Virus record (IMG/VR): IMGVR_UViG_3300020576_006930
Location: 75,133 to 139,132 of that record
Source: a virus
Lineage: Duplodnaviria > Caudoviricetes
DNA length: 64,000 bases
Strand: one strand, 5' to 3'
In this document: in pieces, positions 56,158 to 64,000 of the stretch
How the letters are laid out: the number at the start of each line of letters is the position of its first letter
How positions within the stretch are numbered: position 1 is the first letter of the stretch
Position numbers and translations under genes: made by a program
Notes under the pieces: model-generated
The model's database searches: none
What the model was told of the DNA's origin: nothing
What the model saw: the letters and a program-made list of their open reading frames with translations, nothing else

Positions 56158-56652
56158 ATGAAAACCAAACTTTTTGAAAATGTCGGAAACAATAAATTTA
56201 AACTCCTAACCGAAGCGATGGATCCAGATCGCGCTAAGCTTATTCGTGAAGGGCTGAAGAAGGTGTTTGCCAACACCAAAACGGAATTGTCCTATGACAA
56301 AATTCAAAATTTTGGTTTGGGTTTCATCAAGGACGTTAACACGGCGCGCAAATGCGCTTTACAAGAAGCCCGCGATATTGCTCCGGCCCTTGGCTTCTCT
56401 GACCATCCAGAGACAGGAACTTTTGTAAAAGAAGCAGAAGTCGCTAAGGAAAATGAAGCGTCTCACGAAGAAACACCTGATAGTCCCGAAGAAAAACGGG
56501 AAGTCCAGATTGGTAAGGAAATTATAAAATTGCTTAAAGCTGATGGACAGGGTCGTGGAGTTAAAGGTTCTGTAATAGTCCCATCTCCAGAAGATTGTTT
56601 TCAAATTAGTAAACTGGCATTCGAACTCATCAAAATGCACGGCGCCAAGTAA
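56158..56652 (+). CDS. Hypothetical head-associated protein
   Basis: LFE/LTE N-terminal motifs; directly after the protease gene. Confidence 0.6.
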   Translation: MKTKLFENVGNNKFKLLTEAMDPDRAKLIREGLKKVFANTKTELSYDKIQNFGLGFIKDVNTARKCALQEARDIAPALGFSDHPETGTFVKEAEVAKENEASHEETPDSPEEKREVQIGKEIIKLLKADGQGRGVKGSVIVPSPEDCFQISKLAFELIKMHGAK

Positions 56653-56669
56653 GAGTATAATAACTTGAT

Positions 56670-56717
56670 CATCTCATAATCAGTGGTATAATATCCTCTG
56701 GTTATGAGATGTTTTTT
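56670..56717 (+). terminator. Intrinsic terminator hairpin whose loop contains an extended -10 (TGGTATAAT)
   Basis: CATCTCATAATCAG(56670-56683)/CTGGTTATGAGATG(56698-56711) followed by T6; TTGATC at 56665 and TATAAT at 56687. Confidence 0.6.
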
Positions 56718-56725
56718 GCCGTGAT

Positions 56726-57247
56726 ATGAAAAAGGTAGATCGAATAAAAAAAGAAGCGGAAGCCACGATGGAAAAAATTCGGGCAGTGGCTCGGCATATT
56801 CGTAATGTAGAGGATAATTGCTTTTTACTAGGCGAAAAGTTAATTCTTGGTGGAGAGATTGATCTTGGAAAACAATTGATAGCCAACGGATTTATTCATG
56901 ACGCAAGCAAGTTTCATGGAATTGAATTTGAATATCTTTCAACGGGAAATCCAACGGAAGAACACGCGAAACTTAAATTGAAACTGGCTATTCACCACCA
57001 TCAAAAAACTAACCCGCATCATCCGGAAGCGTGGTCGGGAGGTATCAAAGACATGCCCGATGTTTATTTGGCAGAAATGGCATGTGATCTTAAAGCTAGG
57101 AGTGAGGAGTTTGGAACAAATTTCCGAGAATGGATAAATGATTCTGCTACGACCAAATGGAATTTCAAAAAAGAAGATAAAGTCTATCAAGATTTAATGC
57201 GGTATGTTGATATGATATGCCAAAAACCATTTGAACAAATAAAATAA
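56726..57247 (+). CDS. HD-like (DUF5662-type) phosphohydrolase
   Basis: H..V, HDASKF, HHQKTNPHHPEAW, EMACD. Confidence 0.7.
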   Translation: MKKVDRIKKEAEATMEKIRAVARHIRNVEDNCFLLGEKLILGGEIDLGKQLIANGFIHDASKFHGIEFEYLSTGNPTEEHAKLKLKLAIHHHQKTNPHHPEAWSGGIKDMPDVYLAEMACDLKARSEEFGTNFREWINDSATTKWNFKKEDKVYQDLMRYVDMICQKPFEQIK

Positions 57248-57670
57248 ATGTGCATATGTGTTGAATGTGGTTGTGATAAAAATGTTATTAAACACCATAT
57301 AATTCCAAAAAGTAGAGGTGGGGTGTTTACCATATTTTTGTGTCAGGCTTGTCATGACAAGTGTCATGAAATAAAACCAAGAAATATTTCTCTGTCACAA
57401 TTAACTAAAGACGGTCTAAAACGAGCAAAAAATAAGGGGGTTCGTTTAGGAAATCCAAATTTTAAATATGCCTTAAAAAAAGCGGTATCAGTTAGAGTAA
57501 ATAAAGCAAAGATAAACAATGATAGACTAAAACAAATTGTAACTTTTATTATCAATACTGATGGATTATCAAAACTTAAAGATGTCTGTGAGAGGATGAA
57601 TGGTGCAGGTTATAGAACAATATATGGTAATAAATTCACCCCCACGCATATACATAGATTATTAAAATGA
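57248..57670 (+). CDS. HNH endonuclease fused to a serine-recombinase-like C-terminal DNA-binding region
   Basis: CVECG..HHIIPKSRGG..LCQACHDKCH, then LTKDGLKRAKNKGVRLGNP..MNGAGYRT..FTPTHIHRLL. Confidence 0.7.
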   Translation: MCICVECGCDKNVIKHHIIPKSRGGVFTIFLCQACHDKCHEIKPRNISLSQLTKDGLKRAKNKGVRLGNPNFKYALKKAVSVRVNKAKINNDRLKQIVTFIINTDGLSKLKDVCERMNGAGYRTIYGNKFTPTHIHRLLK

Positions 57671-58026
57671 AAAAGGTAACAACGTATACCGCAAACATTT
57701 ACATCGGCTTAAAAGAGGGGTATACTGGACGCTTACACACCATTGATGAAGTTTATTGTATCTGCCAAGAATTTGTCGATCAGATTGGATTTTGTGTTAC
57801 GGTTACTCCGACACGCTTCGTTTATAAAAATGGAATGGAACCAGGAGCCGTTGTCGGAACTATAAATTATCCCCGTTATCCCTCTCAACCCCAAGACTTA
57901 GAAGCTAAAGCAATGATCTTAGCCAATAAATTAATGGTTGAGTTTAAACAACACCGTGTTTCGGTGGTGTTTCCTGATAAAACGATAATGTTGGAAAACT
58001 TTACCCTGGACGATTTTAAAGAGTAA
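57667..58026 (+). CDS. Hypothetical phage protein
   Basis: ATGA-coupled ORF (CVTVTPT..EPG..INYPRYP). Confidence 0.7.
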   Translation: MKKVTTYTANIYIGLKEGYTGRLHTIDEVYCICQEFVDQIGFCVTVTPTRFVYKNGMEPGAVVGTINYPRYPSQPQDLEAKAMILANKLMVEFKQHRVSVVFPDKTIMLENFTLDDFKE

Positions 58027-58032
58027 TTTGGT

Positions 58033-58212
58033 ATGGACAAAATCTCTGTTCCATTGTATAATAGACCGATAAAATCTGTACAGGATCGTCGGTATCGTCC
58101 GCTTACCCGGGAAGAGTTATTATCCCGTGGAAAATGTTGTCATCATAACTGCCGTAACTGTCCATATAAAGACGAATTAAAAAATAATGCAAACCTTCCT
58201 TCCTCTACCTAA
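58033..58212 (+). CDS. Small Cys-rich protein (DUF5522-like), absent from the ORF track
   Basis: Hand translation: MDKISVPLYNRPIKSVQDRRYRPLTREELLSRGKCCHHNCRNCPYKDELKNNANLPSST (59 aa). Confidence 0.6.
   Translation: MDKISVPLYNRPIKSVQDRRYRPLTREELLSRGKCCHHNCRNCPYKDELKNNANLPSST
58034..58062 (+). promoter_or_regulatory. Sigma70-type promoter upstream of the glycosylase gene
   Basis: TGGACA, 17 nt, TATAAT. Confidence 0.5.
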
Positions 58213-58624
58213 TTATTTAGAGTCTATGCGTTGTCTTGATAAGTCCCGACTGGGTAATCAAGTTTGGCGTGAAGGTATTACGTTAATCCGCGGCGGCTGG
58301 CCAAATCACCCCGCTTCAAAAATGTGGCGTGGACATGAATACCATCTTGGTTTATATTTGTTAGCCGGTTGTGATGTCCTCAAAGAACGTGGGAAAGATT
58401 ATCCGGAAATCCGCCGGAAAATTAAACAGGAAATGCGTAAGCACAAAAACACGGGAGCGCCGCCATGGATGGGAAGTGAAAGCTTTCATTCAAGCCATAG
58501 AAAAGCCTTGTTATTTAAGAATTTTAATTGGTATAAACAATTTGAGTGGAAAGAACTTCCTGATGTCCCCGATGAGAAGGGCAAATTAAATTATTATTGG
58601 CCATCAAAACAAAACAATCTATGA
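58187..58624 (+). CDS. Pyrimidine-dimer DNA glycosylase family protein (DenV/MSMEG_6728-like)
   Basis: MQTFLP..LDKSRLGNQ..WPNHPASKMWRG..PPWMG..HSSHRKALLFK..YYWP. Confidence 0.8.
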   Translation: MQTFLPLPNYLESMRCLDKSRLGNQVWREGITLIRGGWPNHPASKMWRGHEYHLGLYLLAGCDVLKERGKDYPEIRRKIKQEMRKHKNTGAPPWMGSESFHSSHRKALLFKNFNWYKQFEWKELPDVPDEKGKLNYYWPSKQNNL

Positions 58625-58941
58625 TTAAATCTGAAAATTATATTACCGAGGAAGTTCGGAAGGCGGCAGAACAAGAAGCACTGGCAACTTTAATGAGTTC
58701 TTTCACCGAAGCTATGTTTGAGAAGTTGATGGCCAAAATGAATGCTGGTTATCATGGTTGGGATATCAAGGATCCTGTTATGATAGAGTTATTAAAAAAT
58801 CGTCTGGCGGATAATGTCAATCGGGGTGATTGGATTGACGTGGCCAACGTGTCGATGTTGTTATGGAATATGCAACAGCCCGATAATGCGCCACAGAATT
58901 CCGTGGCGAACCCGCCTCTAAATGAAGTCCTTACTAATTAA
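58621..58941 (+). CDS. Helical hypothetical protein (MazG-like DVAN motif)
   Basis: KL..GYHGW..GDWIDVANVSMLL; ATG 58621 overlaps the upstream TGA. Confidence 0.55.
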   Translation: MIKSENYITEEVRKAAEQEALATLMSSFTEAMFEKLMAKMNAGYHGWDIKDPVMIELLKNRLADNVNRGDWIDVANVSMLLWNMQQPDNAPQNSVANPPLNEVLTN

Positions 58942-59579
58942 GGCCGACCGCCGGTTTTATCTGCGTGCAGGGGCTCGTATTGACAAGTTGGAGTTTTGCG
59001 AATTTCTTCCAAATTATCTTCGCCAGTAATTTTATCCACATGGATATCTTGTGGTGAATCGGAGATTTCGCCCATGATAGGAGCTTCTTCCATTGACTGA
59101 CGTTCACGGTCAACCGGGTTTTGATCAACCTGGGGGCCCTTACGCAAAACTTCCTGAATGTCTTTAATTTCGTAATAACGGGACAAAACATGTCCCATAT
59201 CTTCATATAAAGCATTAAGGCGTTGGACGCCGCTGTAAGTTTCCTTGGCAATTTTTTGGAACTCACCCACCCGGCCCTTTAAATCTTTGAAATCTTTTTG
59301 AATGGTTTCCTGTTGAAACCAATCCGCCGCTTCGTTACACGCATAGGTTTCCGCCATAGTGGCAATTTCGGCTAAGGCTTTGGAAGTTTCGGATAGGGCT
59401 TGTTCTACCTGTAAAGATTTTCCATACTCATTAAAACGACTCACCATATCCATGAGTTTACGTTTTTGATCTTTGCTGAGCTTGGGCCGGTCATCTTCAA
59501 AAACCCCATTGCGTGGAATTTTATCAAGATTCTCGACGATGCGCTTCAGACTAAATTCTTGGACTTTGTATTTTTGCAT
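58938..59579 (-). CDS. Hypothetical (probable head-associated) helical protein
   Basis: Start MQKYKVQEFSLKRIVE at 59579, preceded on the - strand by TATTTATA-CGCAT; YEDMGHVLSRYYEI. Confidence 0.7.
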   Translation of the reverse strand: MQKYKVQEFSLKRIVENLDKIPRNGVFEDDRPKLSKDQKRKLMDMVSRFNEYGKSLQVEQALSETSKALAEIATMAETYACNEAADWFQQETIQKDFKDLKGRVGEFQKIAKETYSGVQRLNALYEDMGHVLSRYYEIKDIQEVLRKGPQVDQNPVDRERQSMEEAPIMGEISDSPQDIHVDKITGEDNLEEIRKTPTCQYEPLHADKTGGRP

Positions 59580-59592
59580 ATGCGTATAAATA

Positions 59593-59880
59593 TTACTTGA
59601 TTTCGGAATCCTGTTTGTAATTGTCAAAAAACCCAACCAATTTATCGAAGGATTCGAATCTCAAATTGGTTTTGCGTTTGCCATCTTTTAAATAAAAACC
59701 ATCCTTTTTGCGGAACACCAACATTGGGGGATTTTCCAAACCCATACAATATGTCCCGTTAGGTTTAAATCCCATATCGGATAGATGGTCCGTCTCAACG
59801 ATTGTCCATTTATCATGCGGAATTAATTCGGTTTTTTTCTCTTCCGCAACGGTGTTTAAAATTTCTTTAAGGCTTATCAT
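59593..59880 (-). CDS. Hypothetical protein
   Basis: MISLKEILN N-terminus; coupled to the upstream - strand gene. Confidence 0.65.
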   Translation of the reverse strand: MISLKEILNTVAEEKKTELIPHDKWTIVETDHLSDMGFKPNGTYCMGLENPPMLVFRKKDGFYLKDGKRKTNLRFESFDKLVGFFDNYKQDSEIK

Positions 59881-60623
59881 AAATCCAATTTTCTTAAAAA
59901 GTCGGCAAGGATTTTACTACCACCGATATCATCCGCGAAGGAGACGGATTTTGCTACGATGACTTCATCGCCTTCAGGAGTTTCACCTTGGGCTGGAGGC
60001 TGCCCTGGCGCCGGTTCTCCCGGAGCTCCTTCAGGGGCCCCACCTTCCGGCGGAGCTTGCGCATCAGGTTCCGGTTTTGTCTGCCGGTATTTTGTAAAGG
60101 CGGTGTAACTATATTGCATCGCGGAACCTTCCCGTAATTTTTTAATCGTCGTTGTGGTGTTATTATTAAATTGGTCGGAGGTTTCGTATTTTATTTCACG
60201 CACGGCTTCTTCTTCAGGATTAGTGCTACCTGGCGGTTTGGTCTTCTGTAAAGGTTTAGATTTGACTTCCGAATAATTGTTAACCGATTCCAGCTCTTTC
60301 ATAGAAAGGGGTTGGCCAACAAATCGGCTCACATACTGATCGTAATTACCCTTCGCGGTGAATTCTTTTGCAATGGGATTGGTTTGACCTTCCTGGAGCA
60401 TCGTGGGGGATTGAAATTCTTTTAACAAACCTAACATTTCCATTTTTAACTTCAATGGTAAATTCTTTTCTTTGGTTGCCGCAAATTGTTCGACGCTTTT
60501 TGGACTTATTTTTTTTGCCACCTTACGCAAGGAGCGTGAAACCTCCGATGGCTTCGTTTCGCCTTTTTGGATTGCGCGGACGGTTTCAAAAAACTTTCTT
60601 TGCTTTTGTGATTTTAAAGGCAT
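59877..60623 (-). CDS. Hypothetical protein with DUF3008-like N-terminus
   Basis: MPLKSQKQRKFF..VRAIQKGE..FAATKEKNLP; TATTTATA on the - strand at 60641-60648. Confidence 0.65.
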   Translation of the reverse strand: MPLKSQKQRKFFETVRAIQKGETKPSEVSRSLRKVAKKISPKSVEQFAATKEKNLPLKLKMEMLGLLKEFQSPTMLQEGQTNPIAKEFTAKGNYDQYVSRFVGQPLSMKELESVNNYSEVKSKPLQKTKPPGSTNPEEEAVREIKYETSDQFNNNTTTTIKKLREGSAMQYSYTAFTKYRQTKPEPDAQAPPEGGAPEGAPGEPAPGQPPAQGETPEGDEVIVAKSVSFADDIGGSKILADFLRKLDL

Positions 60624-60640
60624 ATGAATTTCCTATTGAC

Positions 60641-60648
60641 TATAAATA
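60641..60648 (-). promoter_or_regulatory. Putative late promoter TATTTATA for the - strand operon
   Basis: Reads TATAAATA on +; lies 17 nt upstream of ATG 60623, with AGGA in between. Confidence 0.5.
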
Positions 60649-60701
60649 TCTTGAAAATAGTTATCGTTTTACTTTTTCTCTATAATATATATTACTGAAA
60701 T

Positions 60702-60796
60702 GCAACAACCCTTTCTAATTTGTTGCTAACCCACTCTGTAATAACCCTTCATTGGAGTTCCCAATAATTCCACAATCCACAAGAGAGGAAACTTGT
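60702..60796 (+). promoter_or_regulatory. Structured 5' leader of the scaffold-capsid operon (three hairpins)
   Basis: GCAACAA/TTGTTGC (60702-60726), ATTGG/CCAAT (60751-60765), ACAAG/CTTGT (60779-60796) with AGAGG in the loop. Confidence 0.45.
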
Positions 60797-60800
60797 AACT

Positions 60801-62354
60801 ATGATTAACAGCGAACTATTAAAAGAGGCAATTGCCGATGCTAAAGCCGTCCGCGCTACTGCGGTCGCGAATGCAAAGCATGCCCTTGAAGAAGCCTTCG
60901 CCCCTCGCTTTCACGCTATGTTTTCGGACAAACTGAAAGAAGAGACAGGTGAAGAAGACGGTCTTGATAATATGGATCAAGAGCCCGTTGCCGAAGTCAG
61001 TGCCCCTAATCAGGTATCTGGCAAAGGTGGCGAAGCAAAAGGTCCCCAGACAAAAGATGTAACCAAAGGTCAACCCAAGAAGATTTCTGATGCGGGAACG
61101 CACGGACGGACGATTGCTATGGGCGGCGCTGGCGGAGCTAAAAGTGCTCATGCCCCAGTTGCTCCAAAAACAATTGACGAAACTTCTGAACTTGAACTTG
61201 AAGGTGAATCCGGAATCACATCGGAAGACCTTGATGAAATCATCAAAGAATTGGAAGCTGAAGTAGCTGGTGAAGCTGAAGGTGAGGCTCCGGCCGATCC
61301 AACCGCAGATCCCGCAGCTCAACCGTCAGCCGTTGACCCCAACGCTGACCCGGCTGCTGGTGCTCCCGCACCTGCTCCTGCTCCCGCACCTGCTCCTGAA
61401 GGCGATCCTTCAGCCGGTGGTGCTCCTGCACCCGATTTGGGTATCCCCGGTGCCGCTCCGGCTGCTGCCGGTGGCGCTCCCGCTGGTATTCCTGGGGCGG
61501 AACCTGATGGTGACGAAGCTGGTGCTCCTGCCGGGATTCCTGGACAGCCGCCCGCTGGCGCTCCTGAAGACGAAGAGGGTCTTGAAGAAATTGACCTCAA
61601 CGCGCTTTTGGAAGCCTTGACGGATGAAGAAACCGAAGTCTCCGAAGGTAAACTTCCACCCTGGCTCAAGAAAAAGGGCGAGAAAGCGGAAGATGAAGAC
61701 GAAGACGATAAGGATGAGGAGAAAGAAAAAGTTGACGAAATTGCAAATCAAGGATGTGCAGGTAAAGTTGATGGCCAGGATAAGTCCGGCGGCGTCAAAG
61801 GTTATCCCGCAGCTCCGAAAGATGCGAGTAAGAATCAAATCTCCGGAAAAAATCACGGTGGTAAGATAGAATCCACCCCAAGCGGTAAAGGTTTGAGTGA
61901 AACCGCTGTCTTGGAAAAGGAGAATACCGATCTCAAAGATGCGCTCAATGAGCACATTAAAGCGATTAAGTATCTCCAAGGACAGATCAATGAAGTTAAT
62001 TTGTTGAATGCCAAACTTCTTTACACGACAAAGATGTTCAAAGGCTTCAACCTTGACAACAAGCAGAAGATGCGTGTGGTTGAGACTTTTGATTTGTTGA
62101 AGAATGTTCGTGAAGTTAAGCTGACCTATGCTGGTATGTGTGAGGCCCTTAATTTCGGTGCGAGCAAAACACCTGCGGCTGCTAAAGCAGCGGGTCAAAA
62201 GCGCATCACCGAAGCATATGCATCCCGTCCGGTCGCATCAACGAAGCCTGCAACAGAGATTCTCTCTGAGAGCAAGGATATGGCCAACCGATTCAAGAAA
62301 TTAGCTGGAATTGGAGCCAAGAAAAATAACCCGGTTGTCAAAAGCAACCAATAA
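60801..62354 (+). CDS. Prohead core scaffolding protein (gp22-like)
   Basis: LLKEAIADAKAVR..ALEEAF; acidic and Pro-Ala-rich middle; EVNLLNAKLLY; directly upstream of the capsid gene. Confidence 0.8.
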   Translation: MINSELLKEAIADAKAVRATAVANAKHALEEAFAPRFHAMFSDKLKEETGEEDGLDNMDQEPVAEVSAPNQVSGKGGEAKGPQTKDVTKGQPKKISDAGTHGRTIAMGGAGGAKSAHAPVAPKTIDETSELELEGESGITSEDLDEIIKELEAEVAGEAEGEAPADPTADPAAQPSAVDPNADPAAGAPAPAPAPAPAPEGDPSAGGAPAPDLGIPGAAPAAAGGAPAGIPGAEPDGDEAGAPAGIPGQPPAGAPEDEEGLEEIDLNALLEALTDEETEVSEGKLPPWLKKKGEKAEDEDEDDKDEEKEKVDEIANQGCAGKVDGQDKSGGVKGYPAAPKDASKNQISGKNHGGKIESTPSGKGLSETAVLEKENTDLKDALNEHIKAIKYLQGQINEVNLLNAKLLYTTKMFKGFNLDNKQKMRVVETFDLLKNVREVKLTYAGMCEALNFGASKTPAAAKAAGQKRITEAYASRPVASTKPATEILSESKDMANRFKKLAGIGAKKNNPVVKSNQ

Positions 62355-62371
62355 TAGGAAAGAGTAAAAAT

Positions 62372-64000
62372 ATGGATAATGTCAGAGAATTATTGACAAG
62401 CGCTCTTAACCCCCAGGTAAGACTGATGCAGGAAACCCGTAACTTGGTAACCAAGTGGGATAAGACTGGTCTTCTTGAAGGGCTCGACAATGATGTCGAA
62501 AAGAGCAATATGGCCGTTCTCTTGGAGAACCAAGCCAAACAACTGATCGAAGAATCTACCTCCACCGGTACTTCTGCGAACTCCGAACAATGGGCTGGCG
62601 TAGCGCTACCCCTCGTGCGTCGTGTGTTTGCTGAATTCGCCGCCAAGGAGTTTGTCTCCGTTCAGCCAATGAACCTTCCATCCGGACTGGTTTTCTACTT
62701 GGATTTCAAGTATGGAACCAACCAAGGTGCTATCAGCAAGGATGTTTCCGGTTCTGTGTATAGCTCCCTGTTCGGCGGCTCGGGCAACAAGCTCGGTTCG
62801 ACGGATTCGGCAACTGGCGGCCTCTACGGCGCTGGTCGTTATGCTTATACCCTGAATGACAAGGTTGCCACGGTCACTTATAACTCCGCCTCTGTGGGAG
62901 TTTCGACTTTGGAAGACTTGAACTGGAATGTCAACTGGGATGTTCAAGCCGCTAAATCCGGTTCAGCTGATGCTGCGTTGGATTCCTTGAGCGGTTCTAT
63001 CGCCGCTGGCCAGGTCTGGAAATTCACCACTACCAACTTCCTAAGCACTACCGCTACCGCGGGTAATGTGTTTGACGCGTCGGCAGTACGTTCGTTCGTT
63101 CCTTATTCTGGTTCCGCTATCGTGAACTACTTCCCCGCCTTGACCAAGTTGACCACGACCAATGAAGTTCAATTCATTGTTTCTGCGTCGGCTAACCTTG
63201 GCCAGACCGCTGCTCTCCAGCAGGGTTTGAGCATAAACTACAGCGTCCAACCGAAGGATTCCAACCGTGGTGACTTCGAAGATGCGACAAATGCCTTGGA
63301 TTCTGGTAAAGTCAATACCCCAGGTACTTCGACTACGGATACTGGTCTTAACAAAGACATTGGTATTCCTGAAGTCAACCTTGAGTTGAAGAGTGAGCCA
63401 ATCGTGGCCAAGACTCGTAAACTGAAGGCAGTCTGGACGCCTGAACTCGCTCAGGATCTTAATGCTTATCATAGCATTGATGCTGAAGCCGAACTCACGG
63501 CTCTCCTCTCCGAATACGTTTCGATGGAAATTGACCTCGAAATCTTGGACATGCTGATTACCGCAGTTCCCGCAGTTACGACCGAACGTTGGAGCGCCAA
63601 GCTCAATCGTGAAATCGTACCTAACGGTTCCGGTGGTTTCACCTTCGTCGATCAGACCGCCGCAGGTACGGGCGGTTACTATGAGAAATCAACCTGGTAT
63701 CGCACACTCGGTATCAAGTGCCAGAAGGTCTCTAACAAGATTCACCAATTGACGCTCCGTGGTGGCGCAAACTTCATGGTTTGCTCGCCGGATGTCGCAA
63801 CGATTCTTGAGAGCATCCCCGGCTTCACCGTCAACACTGACGGCGATCAGGCCAAGTTCGCAATGGGCGTCACCCGCGTGGGTACATTCGCTCAACGCTT
63901 CCAGGTCTACAAGAACCCCTATATGACCGATAACGTCATCTTGATGGGCTTCCGTGGAAATAACTTCCTGGAAACCGGTGCTGTCTATGCTCCGTATGTT
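62372..64000 (+). CDS. gp23: Major capsid protein (T4 gp23-like), truncated at window end; absent from the ORF track
   Basis: Hand translation: MDNVRELL..KWDKTGLLEG..LENQ..LPLVRRVF..VQPMNLPSGLVFYLDF..KTRKLKAVWTPELAQDLNAYHSIDAEAEL..GAVYAPYV. Confidence 0.96.
   Translation, partial: MDNVRELLTSALNPQVRLMQETRNLVTKWDKTGLLEGLDNDVEKSNMAVLLENQAKQLIEESTSTGTSANSEQWAGVALPLVRRVFAEFAAKEFVSVQPMNLPSGLVFYLDFKYGTNQGAISKDVSGSVYSSLFGGSGNKLGSTDSATGGLYGAGRYAYTLNDKVATVTYNSASVGVSTLEDLNWNVNWDVQAAKSGSADAALDSLSGSIAAGQVWKFTTTNFLSTTATAGNVFDASAVRSFVPYSGSAIVNYFPALTKLTTTNEVQFIVSASANLGQTAALQQGLSINYSVQPKDSNRGDFEDATNALDSGKVNTPGTSTTDTGLNKDIGIPEVNLELKSEPIVAKTRKLKAVWTPELAQDLNAYHSIDAEAELTALLSEYVSMEIDLEILDMLITAVPAVTTERWSAKLNREIVPNGSGGFTFVDQTAAGTGGYYEKSTWYRTLGIKCQKVSNKIHQLTLRGGANFMVCSPDVATILESIPGFTVNTDGDQAKFAMGVTRVGTFAQRFQVYKNPYMTDNVILMGFRGNNFLETGAVYAPYV

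Noticed and set aside
59585-60648. Canonical T4 late promoters TATAAATA on the + strand
   Set aside because: Both copies point into antisense or non-coding DNA on +, but sit correctly as TATTTATA upstream of - strand genes.
1673-63895. Many short antisense or nested ORFs in the supplied track (e.g. 47326..47868, 54502..55146, 61410..62198, 63041..63472)
   Set aside because: They overlap well-supported genes on the other strand or frame, have no recognisable motifs, and are best explained as shadow ORFs.
1-64000. Stop-codon reassignment (alternative genetic code)
   Set aside because: Core genes are full length and densely packed under the standard code, with no fragmentation.
1-64000. tRNA or rRNA genes
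   Set aside because: Intergenic gaps are short and no cloverleaf or rRNA-like sequence was recognised by eye.

Overview
The window is part of a large T4-like (myovirus-type, probably jumbo) bacteriophage genome read in the standard genetic code, with nearly all genes on the + strand. In order it contains: a gp55-like late sigma factor; baseplate genes (spike/hub, gp25, gp6) and tail-fibre-like genes; an unusual ~10.6 kb block (12851-23424) of seven genes, six with clear Sec signal peptides, carrying glycan-binding or glycan-degrading domains; a holin-like gene; more baseplate/tail genes; primase and a fused Mre11-Rad50 (SbcD-SbcC); three free-standing homing-type endonucleases; the head module (terminase, portal, prohead protease, scaffold, major capsid protein truncated at the window end); and a sigma70-driven accessory island inside the head module. 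The main candidate for an undescribed system is the exported block. Its proteins carry tail-fibre-like segments, and three share an indel-free 111-aa C-terminal domain, one copy being a stand-alone exported protein. They are rich in Thr-Asn dipeptides, whereas the non-exported virion proteins are rich in [ST]-[GA]-S, which may reflect two different modification (glycosylation) signals. Other notable signals are a candidate -1 ribosomal frameshift (A_AAA_AAA plus an H-type pseudoknot) at 905-955 and a recurrent TATTTAT element, often only 4-7 nt before ATG. All family assignments come from motif recognition by eye; no database searches were run.
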